A stretch of 64,000 nt of DNA from an uncultured Spirochaetota bacterium (GTDB taxonomy: Bacteria > Spirochaetota > Brevinematia > Brevinematales > JAOACQ01), in NCBI GenBank assembly GCA_963783575.1, contig CAWAOD010000009.1:448001-512000 (forward strand), read 5' to 3'. Both the position numbers and the translations under genes were made by a program. The notes beneath the pieces were generated by a model. That model was not told the origin of the DNA and made no database searches. It saw nothing but the letters and a program-made list of their open reading frames with translations. Numbering within the stretch: position 1 is the first letter of the stretch; each line of letters begins with the position of its first letter. Below, in pieces: positions 11,404 to 21,466 of this stretch.

Positions 11404-12104
11404 TATCTATCCTTTAAGTTATTTTTCCCAATTAAAAAACTTAACAGATTGATTTCGTTTTCCAGGAATCCCAGGCTTAAAAGCTCTTCTTTTGTTTTTC
11501 CCCTTTTAATAAGGGTTTTTAACCGCTCGCTTCTGGGTAATTCATCCAGATTTACGGTTTCGGATTCCTCAATATGTTCATACAGAGCATTTTTAGGAAA
11601 TATTTCCTCTTTATTAATTTTTCGATCCTGACCTTCCTTAACTCCTTCTTTCATCAAACTTGGTGCTGCATCAGTATATCGCTCGGCTTCATTACCATGA
11701 GGAATGTTTGTTTTTGAGGCTCTTTGCTTAAGATCATTAATCCTTATTCCAATATTAGGAGCTCTGGCAGATTCTTCTTTATGCTTTTTATCCTGTTTTG
11801 CGGCTGTCTTTTTTTCAACTAATTTTTCAATAACAATGGGTTTATTAGCTCTGTCGATTTTTTCATCAAGCTGCAATATTTTATTGTTTGCTTTTTTCAT
11901 TATTTCCTGCAGTTCATTAATTTTACCTTCAATTAGCTCGATATTCCTTGCAGCGGCGCTGTTAAATTCAGTAATAAGGCCTTCAAGCTCTTTTTTGGAA
12001 TCATCAATGATGATGTTTTCTTTAATATTTTTGATTTTATTGTTAGTAAGAAAAAACAGATAAACTGCAGTGCCGAAAATCAAAAGCGATACAAATATTT
12101 CCAT
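11403..12104 (-). CDS. Hypothetical protein, N-terminal TM helix plus coiled coil
   Basis: Likely start ATG 12104 (MEIFVSLL); heptad-rich segment; stop overlaps start of the UPF0182 gene. Confidence 0.65.
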   Translation of the reverse strand: MEIFVSLLIFGTAVYLFFLTNNKIKNIKENIIIDDSKKELEGLITEFNSAAARNIELIEGKINELQEIMKKANNKILQLDEKIDRANKPIVIEKLVEKKTAAKQDKKHKEESARAPNIGIRINDLKQRASKTNIPHGNEAERYTDAAPSLMKEGVKEGQDRKINKEEIFPKNALYEHIEESETVNLDELPRSERLKTLIKRGKTKEELLSLGFLENEINLLSFLIGKNNLKDR

Positions 12105-12330
12105 TAGAAAACCGCCTTTATAACAAGCATACCATGGTACAAAAATAAAACGGAATAATAATATAATCCTTCTCGGTTTAAAAATCAAGGATAACAATTA
12201 ACCAAAATCTTGATTAAATAAAATTACCCATTAAAATGTATTGATGAAATTTATATAATCCGGATAATAGATGAATATATTGAAGTAAAAGCTTAAACTT
12301 TGTGAAAACTTTATTTTATTAAGGGGCGTA

Positions 12331-13944
12331 ATGATGAAACACCTGTTTATAAAATTTCCTTCCGGCAGAACATTCCTGATTGTCGATAAAATAGAAAAAG
12401 CAAGGAACATAAAAAGAACATATATTCTATTTTTTAATGTCGAAGCGTTGAAAAGAAATTTCGAAATTGACCTTCAATCCTTAAATAAAGGTTGTAATTG
12501 CTTTTACGCGACCCCCAGCAAAATCGGTGTGAAAAATATTACCAAGAAGGAAGGGAATTTTTATACTTTCCTTTGTGAAAAACCATCAATTAAAAAATTT
12601 TTCAATGATAATGTTTTTAATTTAATTAACGGGAATGATTCAAAAGATGAGAAGGCCGGAAACGGCAATCATTCTCTTAATGTTGAAGAGAAACAAAATG
12701 ATTACTTGATTTTATCGGAAGAACCTTCCGGTAAAAACAAAATTTTAGCAATCGAGGAAAGTTTTTGTCCTGTTTTTTATCTGTTTGTTTTAAATGAGAA
12801 TTTCCCCGTAGCGTATTCCCCATTTTCTTATCATAAAGTTGAATTCAAGCAGAATGAACCCAACCAGGAAATACTTTCCCTTGGTAATGAAGGTGATTTC
12901 ACAATAGCTTACCTATCGGATAATACAATTACAGTTTCCCCGAATTTCGGTGAGCTTGAAAGTTTATATGAGATAGACGCTATGGATATTATGATTAATT
13001 CAATAATGGGGCATTTGCATTTCAAAAATGTTACGTTATTAAAAGATTATAACAATTATTCCATGATTTCAGAATATACCAGAAGATTTTTAAAAGTTAA
13101 AAATGTAAGTCATATATTTGCTCATACGGCCAGTGTTATGTTTGACAATGGCATGATAAAAGAAAAAGGACTTGGAATTGTCTACGATAGCATCAGTTAT
13201 GATATAGGAGATCAGATTCTCGGGGGTGAAATACTGTATGGAAACATTGGCAGTTACCAGGTTGTCGGAGGCTGGAAACCAGTTCCGTTGCCTGGTGGCG
13301 ATATAGCGAATATCGAACCCTGGAGAATTGCGCTTGCCATAATTAAAGAAACTTTAAATGAGGATGTGAATGATGTAAACCTTCCGATGATTACCAATTT
13401 GAGGAAAAATCCGAATTACAGTTATATTTTCGAAGCTATTAACAATAAAAATATTAACTATTCATTATCTTCAAGTATGCATCATATTGTAGCGGCGCTT
13501 GGCGAAATTATATTTTATGAAGAATCGACATTCGATTTTGATTTTTTTGAAAATAAAATGGATAAATTTTTTATAAACAGCTGCCCATATGAACATTACC
13601 CAATCAGAATAATTGAAGAAGACGGCAGGTATTTAATCGATACTTACGATCTTTTTAAAAGGATTATTTCAGATCTTTTATTAAAAACTGATCCTTCTAA
13701 TTTGATCTGTAATGCACTTGTAAGTATAGCTGCAGCAACAGGGCTACTAATTGAAAAACTTTCAAAAGTTTATAATGAAAAAAAGATAATTTTATCGGGC
13801 GAGTTTTTCAAACATCCGCATTTTTTGTCTTTAATTCATCAGGAATTGATAAATAAGGGGTTTGAAGTCTATATTCCCAGGAATATACCTGTTGATGACA
13901 GCGGGATATCAGTCGGTCAAATCATTTATAAATATTTTGAATAA
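12331..13944 (+). CDS. Divergent HypF-like protein (Kae1/ASKHA-type C-terminal domain; no acylphosphatase or Zn-finger region recognisable)
   Basis: GGEIL, PLPGGD.A..EPWR.A and P.DD.GIS.GQ motifs of the HypF C-terminus; metal-ligand motifs altered. Confidence 0.6.
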   Translation: MMKHLFIKFPSGRTFLIVDKIEKARNIKRTYILFFNVEALKRNFEIDLQSLNKGCNCFYATPSKIGVKNITKKEGNFYTFLCEKPSIKKFFNDNVFNLINGNDSKDEKAGNGNHSLNVEEKQNDYLILSEEPSGKNKILAIEESFCPVFYLFVLNENFPVAYSPFSYHKVEFKQNEPNQEILSLGNEGDFTIAYLSDNTITVSPNFGELESLYEIDAMDIMINSIMGHLHFKNVTLLKDYNNYSMISEYTRRFLKVKNVSHIFAHTASVMFDNGMIKEKGLGIVYDSISYDIGDQILGGEILYGNIGSYQVVGGWKPVPLPGGDIANIEPWRIALAIIKETLNEDVNDVNLPMITNLRKNPNYSYIFEAINNKNINYSLSSSMHHIVAALGEIIFYEESTFDFDFFENKMDKFFINSCPYEHYPIRIIEEDGRYLIDTYDLFKRIISDLLLKTDPSNLICNALVSIAAATGLLIEKLSKVYNEKKIILSGEFFKHPHFLSLIHQELINKGFEVYIPRNIPVDDSGISVGQIIYKYFE

Positions 13945-13967
13945 TGCTTTTTGAAATAATGGAAAAA

Positions 13968-15107
13968 TTAAAGAAATTTTTTGAGTCCTTCAATTTCTGA
14001 AGGGTTATCTATTGTCTTAGAGATAAGACGTGTATCATCCCTCCTTAAGTCTGCCTCTATTGGGTTTCTGAGCGGCACTCCCTCAAAATTCTTTATAATC
14101 GCAATTTCAGGACGCATTGTATATTCCGTTTCTTTTGAAGTAATATAACCGATTTCACCGGTATTCAGAATAACAAATGAGCCTACGGGATAAAATGATC
14201 CAAGATCATACATAAGCGCCATTTCATTTATAAAACGCTGAGATGCATATGGATTAAAATGGGTTAATGTATTTCTCATTATATATATCAGCGCTTCATT
14301 CACGGAAAGGGGTTTCCTATACGCTCTTTCCGTTGTCAAAGCATCATAAACATCACAAACAGCTATAATACCGGCAAAATTACCTATCGATTCCGATTTA
14401 AGCTGCAAAGGATACCCGCTTCCATCCCATCTTTCATGATGGAAAAGAACCATCTTCTTGGAATAATTTGTAAGTGATTTATCATCTTTTAGTAATTCGA
14501 ACCCGAGAATCGGATGGTTTTTCATAATCTTAAATTCTTCCGGTGTCAAGGCCGATCTTTTATTAACAATTGCCTGAGATATTTTAATTTTGCCTATATC
14601 ATGCAGGAATCCGCCAAGCCCTGCTTCTTCAGAGTAAATATTGTTAAAGCCCAATTTTTTTGTAAGGTACATAGATAAAATTCCAACATTAATTGAATGA
14701 TAATAAGTGTAAGAATCGTATTCCCTCAAAACAAGAAGGTTAAGAAATCCCGTAATGTATCTCTGCATCTCTCCAAAAAATTTCTCAATTGCCGTTTTTG
14801 CAGGTTTTACGTCGGGAAGCTTACCATTTGTTATTTGATTGGCAATTTCCTCAATCGCGTTCTTCGCGAATTCCTGGGTTTCAGTTGAAAATATCGGTTC
14901 TTTTAAAATTGAAGTCTTAAATTTTGGAGGAGAATAATAAACAAATTTAATGTTGTTTTCTTTAAGTTCATTTATAAAAGAAGTATTTACAGGTGTCGAT
15001 GCTGGCCAGAACATGTTTCCTTTATCATCATATAATATTCCGGAAAGAATATCCCCGGAATTTAAAAAGTTAACATCGACCTTTTCGAGTTTTTCCATAT
15101 CTAACAT
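13968..15107 (-). CDS. HD-GYP domain protein (c-di-GMP phosphodiesterase)
   Basis: YTY.HS.NV, LHDIGK, HHERWDGSGYP, DVYDALT.R.YR. Confidence 0.85.
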   Translation of the reverse strand: MLDMEKLEKVDVNFLNSGDILSGILYDDKGNMFWPASTPVNTSFINELKENNIKFVYYSPPKFKTSILKEPIFSTETQEFAKNAIEEIANQITNGKLPDVKPAKTAIEKFFGEMQRYITGFLNLLVLREYDSYTYYHSINVGILSMYLTKKLGFNNIYSEEAGLGGFLHDIGKIKISQAIVNKRSALTPEEFKIMKNHPILGFELLKDDKSLTNYSKKMVLFHHERWDGSGYPLQLKSESIGNFAGIIAVCDVYDALTTERAYRKPLSVNEALIYIMRNTLTHFNPYASQRFINEMALMYDLGSFYPVGSFVILNTGEIGYITSKETEYTMRPEIAIIKNFEGVPLRNPIEADLRRDDTRLISKTIDNPSEIEGLKKFL

Positions 15108-15129
15108 ATAAACCCCGGATATATAACTA

Positions 15130-17769
15130 TTATTTCATCCTTTCTATATTTTTTTGAATTTTTAAAACCTCGCCTTTTAAAAATGCCAATTTTTCATTTT
15201 CTTTGTTAATAATTTCTTTTGGGGCTTTTTCAAGAAACTTTTCATTGTTTAGTTTATTTTGAACAGAAATTATACTGTTCTGAAGCCTTTCCTTTTCCTT
15301 TTCAAGCCTATCAAGTTCCTTTCCGGTATCAATCTCTCCTATCTTAGAAATAAAAATTTCAAAACCTTTACCGGCACCTGTAACCTCATCATCATCTTTT
15401 TTGTGGCCAGATTTAATCTCAAGATTTTCAACCTTAGCGAGTTTTTTTATAACTTCGGATACCTGTTCCATAAATTCTGTTTGGGCAGGATTTTCAATTA
15501 CCAATACCGCTTTAACAAAAACGTTCGGCTGAATCTTATTCTCTCCCCGGATATTCCGAATTGTATAAACTATATTCTGGACCATAACGGCATTTTCTTC
15601 CTCGGTGTTATAATTATGTTTTTCATTATAAACCGGATAATCAGATTGCATTATCGTATTGGATTTTCCAGGAAGACTTACGTATATTTTTTCTGTGATG
15701 AATGGCATAATCGGATGGAGAAGTTTCAGGCTGCCCTCAAGAATGAATAAAAGAACCGCAATTTTAGCTTCTTTTATGCCGGTATTCCCTTTATAAAGGC
15801 CAACTTTTGAGATTTCAATGTACCAGTCACAGAATTCGCTCCATATAAAATCATAAAGGCTCACAGTGGCATTGTTAAAATCGAAATCCTCTATCTCTTT
15901 CCGGACTTTTGTTATTGTTTTATTATATTTTGACAGTATCCACTTGTCAAACGTATCCGTTTCAACATCGGTTATATCTTTTATAGATATATTTTGTATG
16001 TTTTGAAAAATGAATTTTGATGCGTTCCATATTTTATTTGCAAAATTTCTTCCCAATTCGCATTTTTCATTGCTATATAAAATATCGTTGCCTAAAGGCG
16101 CAAGCCTTGTGATTGTATACCTGAGAGCATCTGCTCCGAATTCCCTGATAACATCAAGAGGGTCAGGTGAATTTCCAAGGGATTTACTCATCTTCCTTCC
16201 AAGCTCGTCGCGAATTAATCCCGTGAAGTAAACTTTCTTAAAAGGAATATCGTTCAGAAACTCCATGCCCGCAATAATCATCCTGGCAACCCAGAAGAAA
16301 ATTATATCGGGGGCAGTGACCAGTGTATCTGTCGGGTAGTAGTATTTCAGTTCGTCATCGATCTCTGGCCATTTATGAACCGCGAAAGGCCAGAGCCAGG
16401 AAGAGGCCCAGGTATCCAGCACATCAGGGTCCTGATAAATATTTGTGCTTCCACATTGATCGCATTTTCCAGGTGATTGTTCGTAAGAGTAATAATAACC
16501 GCATTCCTTGCAGTAATAAACCGGGATCCTGTGCCCCCACCAGAGCTGTCTTGATATGCACCAGTCCTTGATGTTATCAAGCCAGTGGAAATAAGTCTTT
16601 GTCCATCTTTCCGGATAAAATGTGACTTTGCCCTGTTTTACAACATCAATCGAAGGCTTGACAAGTTCATCCATCTTCATAAACCATTGGTCTGAAAGGT
16701 AAGGCTCTATCGGAACATGACCGCGTTCGCTGTAGCCGACTTTATGAGTATAATTTTCAATTTTTTCAAGAAGCTTCAGTTCCTTTATCTTTTCAACAAC
16801 GGCTTCCCTTGCCTCAAAACGGTCCATTCCGCGGTAATCTTCAGGAACGTTATTATTCAACGAAGCATCGTCATTTAGAATATTCAAAAATTCCAGGTTA
16901 TATTTATTTCCTATTGCATAGTCATTCGGATCATGGGCGGGAGTTATTTTTAAAGCTCCAGTACCGAATTCCATATCGACAAAATCGTCAGCGATTATCG
17001 GGATTTCTTTATCCACAATCGGCAGTATAACTTTTTTACCGACATATTTTGCATATCTTTTATCCTTAGGATTAACTGCAACAGCCGTATCGCCGAGCAT
17101 AGTCTCGGGTCTTGTGGTAGCTATCGTTATAAATTCATGAGAATCCTTTAAAGGATATTTAAAATAGTAAAGCTTACCTTCCACTTCTCTATAATAGACT
17201 TCCTCATCGGAAATTGCCGACTTTGATACCGGGCACCAATTGACAAGCCGGTAACCTTTATATATATATCCTTTCTTATATAATTCAACAAAACTATGGA
17301 TGACGGCTTTATAATACCTTTCATCCATTGTAAAGCGCTCCCTGCCCCAGTCGCAGCTTGCCCCAAGTTTTTTTAGCTGGCTGATTATTATGCCGCCATA
17401 TTTTTCTTTCCATTCCCTTGCATATTCCAGAAATTTCTCCCGGCCGATCTCGTATTTGTTAATCCCCATTTCACTTAAATACTTTACAACCTTTGCTTCC
17501 GTAGCTATTGATGCGTGGTCTGTTCCCGGTATCCAGCAAGCTTCAAAACCATTCATTCTGAAATATCTGATCAGGATATCCTGGATCGTATTATTCAAAA
17601 TATGCCCCATATGCAGCATTCCCGTAACATTCGGTGGCGGAATTACGATTGTATAAGCTTTTTTACCTGGATTTACGCTGCTTTTAAAAATTTTGTTATC
17701 AATCCAGTAGCTGTATATTTCGTCTTCAAAATCGGCGGGATTATATGTTCCTGGAAGTTCTGCGGCCAT
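15130..17769 (-). CDS. valS: Valine--tRNA ligase
   Basis: PPPNVTG.LHMGH, DWCISRQLWWGH, KMSKS, C-terminal coiled coil. Confidence 0.97.
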   Translation of the reverse strand: MAAELPGTYNPADFEDEIYSYWIDNKIFKSSVNPGKKAYTIVIPPPNVTGMLHMGHILNNTIQDILIRYFRMNGFEACWIPGTDHASIATEAKVVKYLSEMGINKYEIGREKFLEYAREWKEKYGGIIISQLKKLGASCDWGRERFTMDERYYKAVIHSFVELYKKGYIYKGYRLVNWCPVSKSAISDEEVYYREVEGKLYYFKYPLKDSHEFITIATTRPETMLGDTAVAVNPKDKRYAKYVGKKVILPIVDKEIPIIADDFVDMEFGTGALKITPAHDPNDYAIGNKYNLEFLNILNDDASLNNNVPEDYRGMDRFEAREAVVEKIKELKLLEKIENYTHKVGYSERGHVPIEPYLSDQWFMKMDELVKPSIDVVKQGKVTFYPERWTKTYFHWLDNIKDWCISRQLWWGHRIPVYYCKECGYYYSYEQSPGKCDQCGSTNIYQDPDVLDTWASSWLWPFAVHKWPEIDDELKYYYPTDTLVTAPDIIFFWVARMIIAGMEFLNDIPFKKVYFTGLIRDELGRKMSKSLGNSPDPLDVIREFGADALRYTITRLAPLGNDILYSNEKCELGRNFANKIWNASKFIFQNIQNISIKDITDVETDTFDKWILSKYNKTITKVRKEIEDFDFNNATVSLYDFIWSEFCDWYIEISKVGLYKGNTGIKEAKIAVLLFILEGSLKLLHPIMPFITEKIYVSLPGKSNTIMQSDYPVYNEKHNYNTEEENAVMVQNIVYTIRNIRGENKIQPNVFVKAVLVIENPAQTEFMEQVSEVIKKLAKVENLEIKSGHKKDDDEVTGAGKGFEIFISKIGEIDTGKELDRLEKEKERLQNSIISVQNKLNNEKFLEKAPKEIINKENEKLAFLKGEVLKIQKNIERMK

Positions 17770-17980
17770 TTCCTGCTCCTATATAAAATTTAATAAAAGT
17801 TTATTAAAAGCTTGATATGTTTTCAAGATACTCCGGAATAAATATATTAGTTTAGAGGCACGTCAATAAATCATATCAAAAATTGTAAGAGATAATGCCT
17901 ACAAAGTCAAATTGTTAAAAGTCAAAATAAATTATTGCAATTATTTTTACTTCCAAATAAACTATTTTGATAAATATAAA

Positions 17981-18009
17981 TTGACAGACATTAATCCGCC
18001 AATTATAAT
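17981..18009 (+). promoter_or_regulatory. Consensus sigma70 promoter of the tRNA-Cys/tRNA-Leu transcript
   Basis: TTGACA-N17-TATAAT, 14 nt before tRNA-Cys. Confidence 0.85.
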
Positions 18010-18023
18010 TATGGCTCATATAT

Positions 18024-18096
18024 GGGGATGTAGCCAAGTGGGAAGGCTGCGGTCTGCAAAACCGCTATTGAGTCGGTTCGATTCCGACCATCCCCT
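18024..18096 (+). tRNA. tRNA-Cys(GCA), CCA not encoded
   Basis: Acceptor GGGGATG/CATCCCC, anticodon arm GCGGT-CTGCAAA-ACCGC, GGTTCGATTCC T-arm, U discriminator. Confidence 0.95.
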
Positions 18097-18099
18097 ATT

Positions 18100-18224
18100 A
18101 AGATAAAAGTTAAAAGTAATATAGTATTAAGACGATGCGGTTTGGTTCTATAGGCTTACTAAATAAGCTTGCTGGGCTCTTCTTTAAACATCTTATCAAT
18201 TAGTACTTTTAACTTTTATCTTTA
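18100..18224. repeat. 19-bp perfect inverted repeat built from TAAAAGT heptamers, enclosing about 85 bp
   Basis: AAGATAAAAGTTAAAAGTA (18100-18118) versus TACTTTTAACTTTTATCTT (18204-18222). Confidence 0.85.
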
Positions 18225-18235
18225 TACTGTATAAT

Positions 18236-18320
18236 GCCGAGATGGTGGAATTGGTAGACACAAGGGACTTAAAATCCCTCGGGCGTTTAGCCTGTGCGGG
18301 TTCGAGTCCCGCTCTCGGCA
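18236..18320 (+). tRNA. tRNA-Leu(TAA), CCA not encoded
   Basis: Acceptor GCCGAGA/TCTCGGC, anticodon arm AGGGA-CTTAAAA-TCCCT, long variable arm, GGTTCGAGTCC. Confidence 0.95.
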
Positions 18321-18356
18321 TTTTTTTATACATACCTGACAGCATCAGGAGCATTA

Positions 18357-19529
18357 ATGAAAAAAACTTTGGTATTTATTCTGGTAATAATATTCTATTC
18401 CACAAGTTATCCGATCACTATAAAGCAAATAGATATCACAGGAAATGACAGATCACAGCAGGAAACAATACTTCATTTTTTTTATGAAAATCAAACCAAC
18501 AAAATCTGGACCGAAACTGAATTGGACTCCGCTCTTAAACGCTTTAAAGAAAGGCTTGAAAGGACGGGATGGTATAGCGCAATTGAAATCGGAAAAACCA
18601 TTAACGGTGACAATGCTGAAATTCAGGTCAGTTTAAAGGAAAAATCTTCTTATTCAATATGGGCCGGCAACTTATATCTCGGCTTATCCAAATATGATCT
18701 ATGGGGAAAAGGGAAAGTCATAGAATTTGAAGCAGGACCGATAGAAAAAAAGATTACAATTCAAGACTGGATGTTTAATTATTCGGATGTGTTTTTTTCG
18801 GTTGCGCTTGGCGCTGAGGATTATTATACTTATACATATATAACAAATGCATATAACCAGCAGGAATTGGTAAGGAATGTAGGAAACGCCACAGTAGGCA
18901 CTCTCTTGTTTCCTGATACTTTTATAGATATTAATACCAGGAATTATTGGATCGAAAATACCAATGGAACCAGTATAACTTCATATCATACCGCTGGTTT
19001 GAAGTTCGCTTATGACAGAAGAGCCGGTTATCCCTCCGCAAAAAATGGTGAGAATACCGATATCGGAATTAATTACATCTACCCTTACAATATGGTGCAG
19101 ATTGAAGGATCCGTCCAGTACTACTATGAGTTCATCAAGAATTGGGTGCTGGCAGCCAAATTGCATGCAGGTTATACCTCGGGAGATGTTCCTGTTTATG
19201 CAAAATTTGATCTGAGGACAATCGACGGTTTAAGGACTCTTTCACAATTCAGTGGAATGATCGGCAACGATTGTTACGATATGCATGGTGAAATTAGATG
19301 GGCATTCTGGGATGTAATACCCTTTATTATATTCGATATGCAGCTTGAAGCCTTAGCATTGTTTGACTTCGGGGAAGCCCGCGACAGTATAGGGAACATG
19401 GGAAATCCCCATTACGTTTATGGCGCAGGCCTTAGGATTTATCTCGATGCTTTCTGTGTTAGAGCTGAAGTCGGTATTGATGAAACCGGCAACACCACGG
19501 TATTATCATCCTTTACGCTTCCTTTTTAA
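18357..19529 (+). CDS. Omp85/BamA-like outer-membrane protein (one POTRA plus beta-barrel)
   Basis: Start ATG 18357 with AGGAG RBS; signal peptide; I..I.ITGN...L..TG.Y POTRA; D.G...G.GLR; terminal Phe. Confidence 0.65.
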   Translation: MKKTLVFILVIIFYSTSYPITIKQIDITGNDRSQQETILHFFYENQTNKIWTETELDSALKRFKERLERTGWYSAIEIGKTINGDNAEIQVSLKEKSSYSIWAGNLYLGLSKYDLWGKGKVIEFEAGPIEKKITIQDWMFNYSDVFFSVALGAEDYYTYTYITNAYNQQELVRNVGNATVGTLLFPDTFIDINTRNYWIENTNGTSITSYHTAGLKFAYDRRAGYPSAKNGENTDIGINYIYPYNMVQIEGSVQYYYEFIKNWVLAAKLHAGYTSGDVPVYAKFDLRTIDGLRTLSQFSGMIGNDCYDMHGEIRWAFWDVIPFIIFDMQLEALALFDFGEARDSIGNMGNPHYVYGAGLRIYLDAFCVRAEVGIDETGNTTVLSSFTLPF

Positions 19530-19544
19530 TATTTTGGAGATCAA

Positions 19545-20255
19545 ATGAATTACAGATTTATAATTATTTTTTTTCTTTTGTTCTTCTTTATTTCCGTTTA
19601 TGCGGAAAATAATCCCTCTTTAATAAGTTTTGAAACTATTGTTGAAAAAGAAGTTGAGGCAGACATTGCAGTTATTAAAATTCAGGTTGAAAAGAAAGAC
19701 AGGAATTTTTCAACTGCTTCTTCAGAGTGTGGAAAAGTTCTGAATTTAATTAAGGAAAAAATGAAAAAAGCCGGAGTTGATGAAAAAGATATAGTAATCA
19801 GAAATTTCAAAGGCTATCCGGATTTCAATTTTTTCGGAAAGGAATATTCGGTAACAGGCTATATTGATATAAAAGTCAGGGATAAAAATAATATTATGAT
19901 TATTTTCCAGGGTATTTCAGATATAACCGATCCGCAAATCAGGGTCAATTCGATTGAATATATTATCGAAGATCCTGACAAATTAAAGAATAATATGGTT
20001 CGGGAAGCCTCTAAAAAAATACTTGAAAAAAAAATTATTTACGAAGAATCGTTTTTCATTAAGCTCCAATTATATTCATTAAATGAAGTCTCATCGGATA
20101 TAGGTTTTAATACTCCTGTTATGAGGAATTTTTCAGTAGGAAAATCTTCTATTCCAGAACCTTCCGCGGAATATATCGCGCCGGATAATCTTATATCGTT
20201 CCCGGTAAAAAAGGTGTATCTAAGACTCTTTGTCAATTTTGAGATAATAAAATAA
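19545..20255 (+). CDS. SIMPL/DUF541-like exported protein
   Basis: Signal peptide; EKEVEAD.A.I.I.V pattern; length and helix/strand layout typical of the family. Confidence 0.6.
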   Translation: MNYRFIIIFFLLFFFISVYAENNPSLISFETIVEKEVEADIAVIKIQVEKKDRNFSTASSECGKVLNLIKEKMKKAGVDEKDIVIRNFKGYPDFNFFGKEYSVTGYIDIKVRDKNNIMIIFQGISDITDPQIRVNSIEYIIEDPDKLKNNMVREASKKILEKKIIYEESFFIKLQLYSLNEVSSDIGFNTPVMRNFSVGKSSIPEPSAEYIAPDNLISFPVKKVYLRLFVNFEIIK

Positions 20256-20264
20256 ATCTATACC

Positions 20265-21239
20265 TTAATAAAATATTTTTCTTCTTACAGAATTCACATC
20301 ATCATTTAGATTAACACCCATCCTGTTGAACGGGTAATACCGGAAAAGCGGTCTTCCGAAAATGTTTTTCCCGGGAATAAAGCCAAAATAACGGCAATCT
20401 TCGCTTAAATCACGGTTGTCACCCATTCCGAAATAGTAATTGTCATTTACTTTCCATTCATCAATTTCTTTTCCGTCAAGATAAATTTTTCCGTTTTCAA
20501 GCGTTGCTGATTTGCCGGACTCTCTTTCGACAAGAAGCTTCAGTAAACCGGTGTAATAATAGTTCCGGTTTGTCAGAGGGATTACATCCCCCTTTTTTGG
20601 TATATAAATTTCATCAAAGTTATAGACCTCCGGGGCATTGACCCTGTTCAGGCGGATCAAATGCTGTACGATCCTGTTTTTCCCATCGTACTTTTCGTTA
20701 AACATATCGAAGTCCATATATCCCTGGATCGCCGATCTTTCATAGACCGCTTCCCTGGCTGTCGTTACATATTCCGTATCGACCGGCTTACGGTTTATAA
20801 TTAAAATCTGGTTTGACATTGAAATTGTATCTCCCGGTAAGCCTATCAGCCGCTTGACAAGGTTTTTCGGGTTGTCAAAAGTATTGTCAAGATTGATCAG
20901 CGAGAGTGTAAGAAGGGAAATTATTTCCCTGGCAAAACCCTGCTTTTTCCATGCAGGGGAAACAAAGGTGATGATATCGTTTCTTTGCGGGCTTAAAAAG
21001 CCCGGAATTTTCTGGTTTATAATTGGAATCCTTGATCCCATTGTCACTTTCTCGATCATCATAATATCGGGAATATTGAGGCTTGGAACCATCGACTGCG
21101 ATGGTATCATATAAGCTTCAATTATGAAAAGCCTTATCACAAAAGCGATCGCGTAGGCTGAAAAGAAGACCTTGATATTATCGATTACTTTTTCTTTAAA
21201 AGTTTCCGGCTTTTTCTTTTCTTTTTTTGTTTTGAACAT
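20265..21239 (-). CDS. lepB: Signal peptidase I
   Basis: IPS.SM.P (Ser), VKR.IGLPGD (Lys), GDNR..S.D.RYFG. Confidence 0.92.
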   Translation of the reverse strand: MFKTKKEKKKPETFKEKVIDNIKVFFSAYAIAFVIRLFIIEAYMIPSQSMVPSLNIPDIMMIEKVTMGSRIPIINQKIPGFLSPQRNDIITFVSPAWKKQGFAREIISLLTLSLINLDNTFDNPKNLVKRLIGLPGDTISMSNQILIINRKPVDTEYVTTAREAVYERSAIQGYMDFDMFNEKYDGKNRIVQHLIRLNRVNAPEVYNFDEIYIPKKGDVIPLTNRNYYYTGLLKLLVERESGKSATLENGKIYLDGKEIDEWKVNDNYYFGMGDNRDLSEDCRYFGFIPGKNIFGRPLFRYYPFNRMGVNLNDDVNSVRRKIFY

Positions 21240-21265
21240 AATTTACTCCTAAAATTACAATTTAG

Positions 21266-21466
21266 TTATATAGATTTTTCGTAAATAAATACATCTTCCA
21301 CATTGACTTTAAATATACGTGAAATTTTAAATGCTAGCTCCAGCGAAGGGACATACTTCCCGCCTTCAATGGCAATTATTGTCTGGCGGGTCACACCGGC
21401 TTTTTCAGCAAGGGATTCCTGGGTGAGGTTGTTAATTGCCCTGTAAACCTTAATCTTATTTGTCAT
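21266..21466 (-). CDS. XRE-family HTH transcriptional regulator
   Basis: LTQE.LA...GVTRQTI.AIE.GKY.PSL.LA; likely start ATG 21466. Confidence 0.85.
   Translation of the reverse strand: MTNKIKVYRAINNLTQESLAEKAGVTRQTIIAIEGGKYVPSLELAFKISRIFKVNVEDVFIYEKSI

Noticed and set aside
17912..18448. ORFs 17912..18106 and 18242..18448 and the 5' extension of 18294..19529
   Set aside because: They run through tRNA genes; the real CDS starts at 18357.
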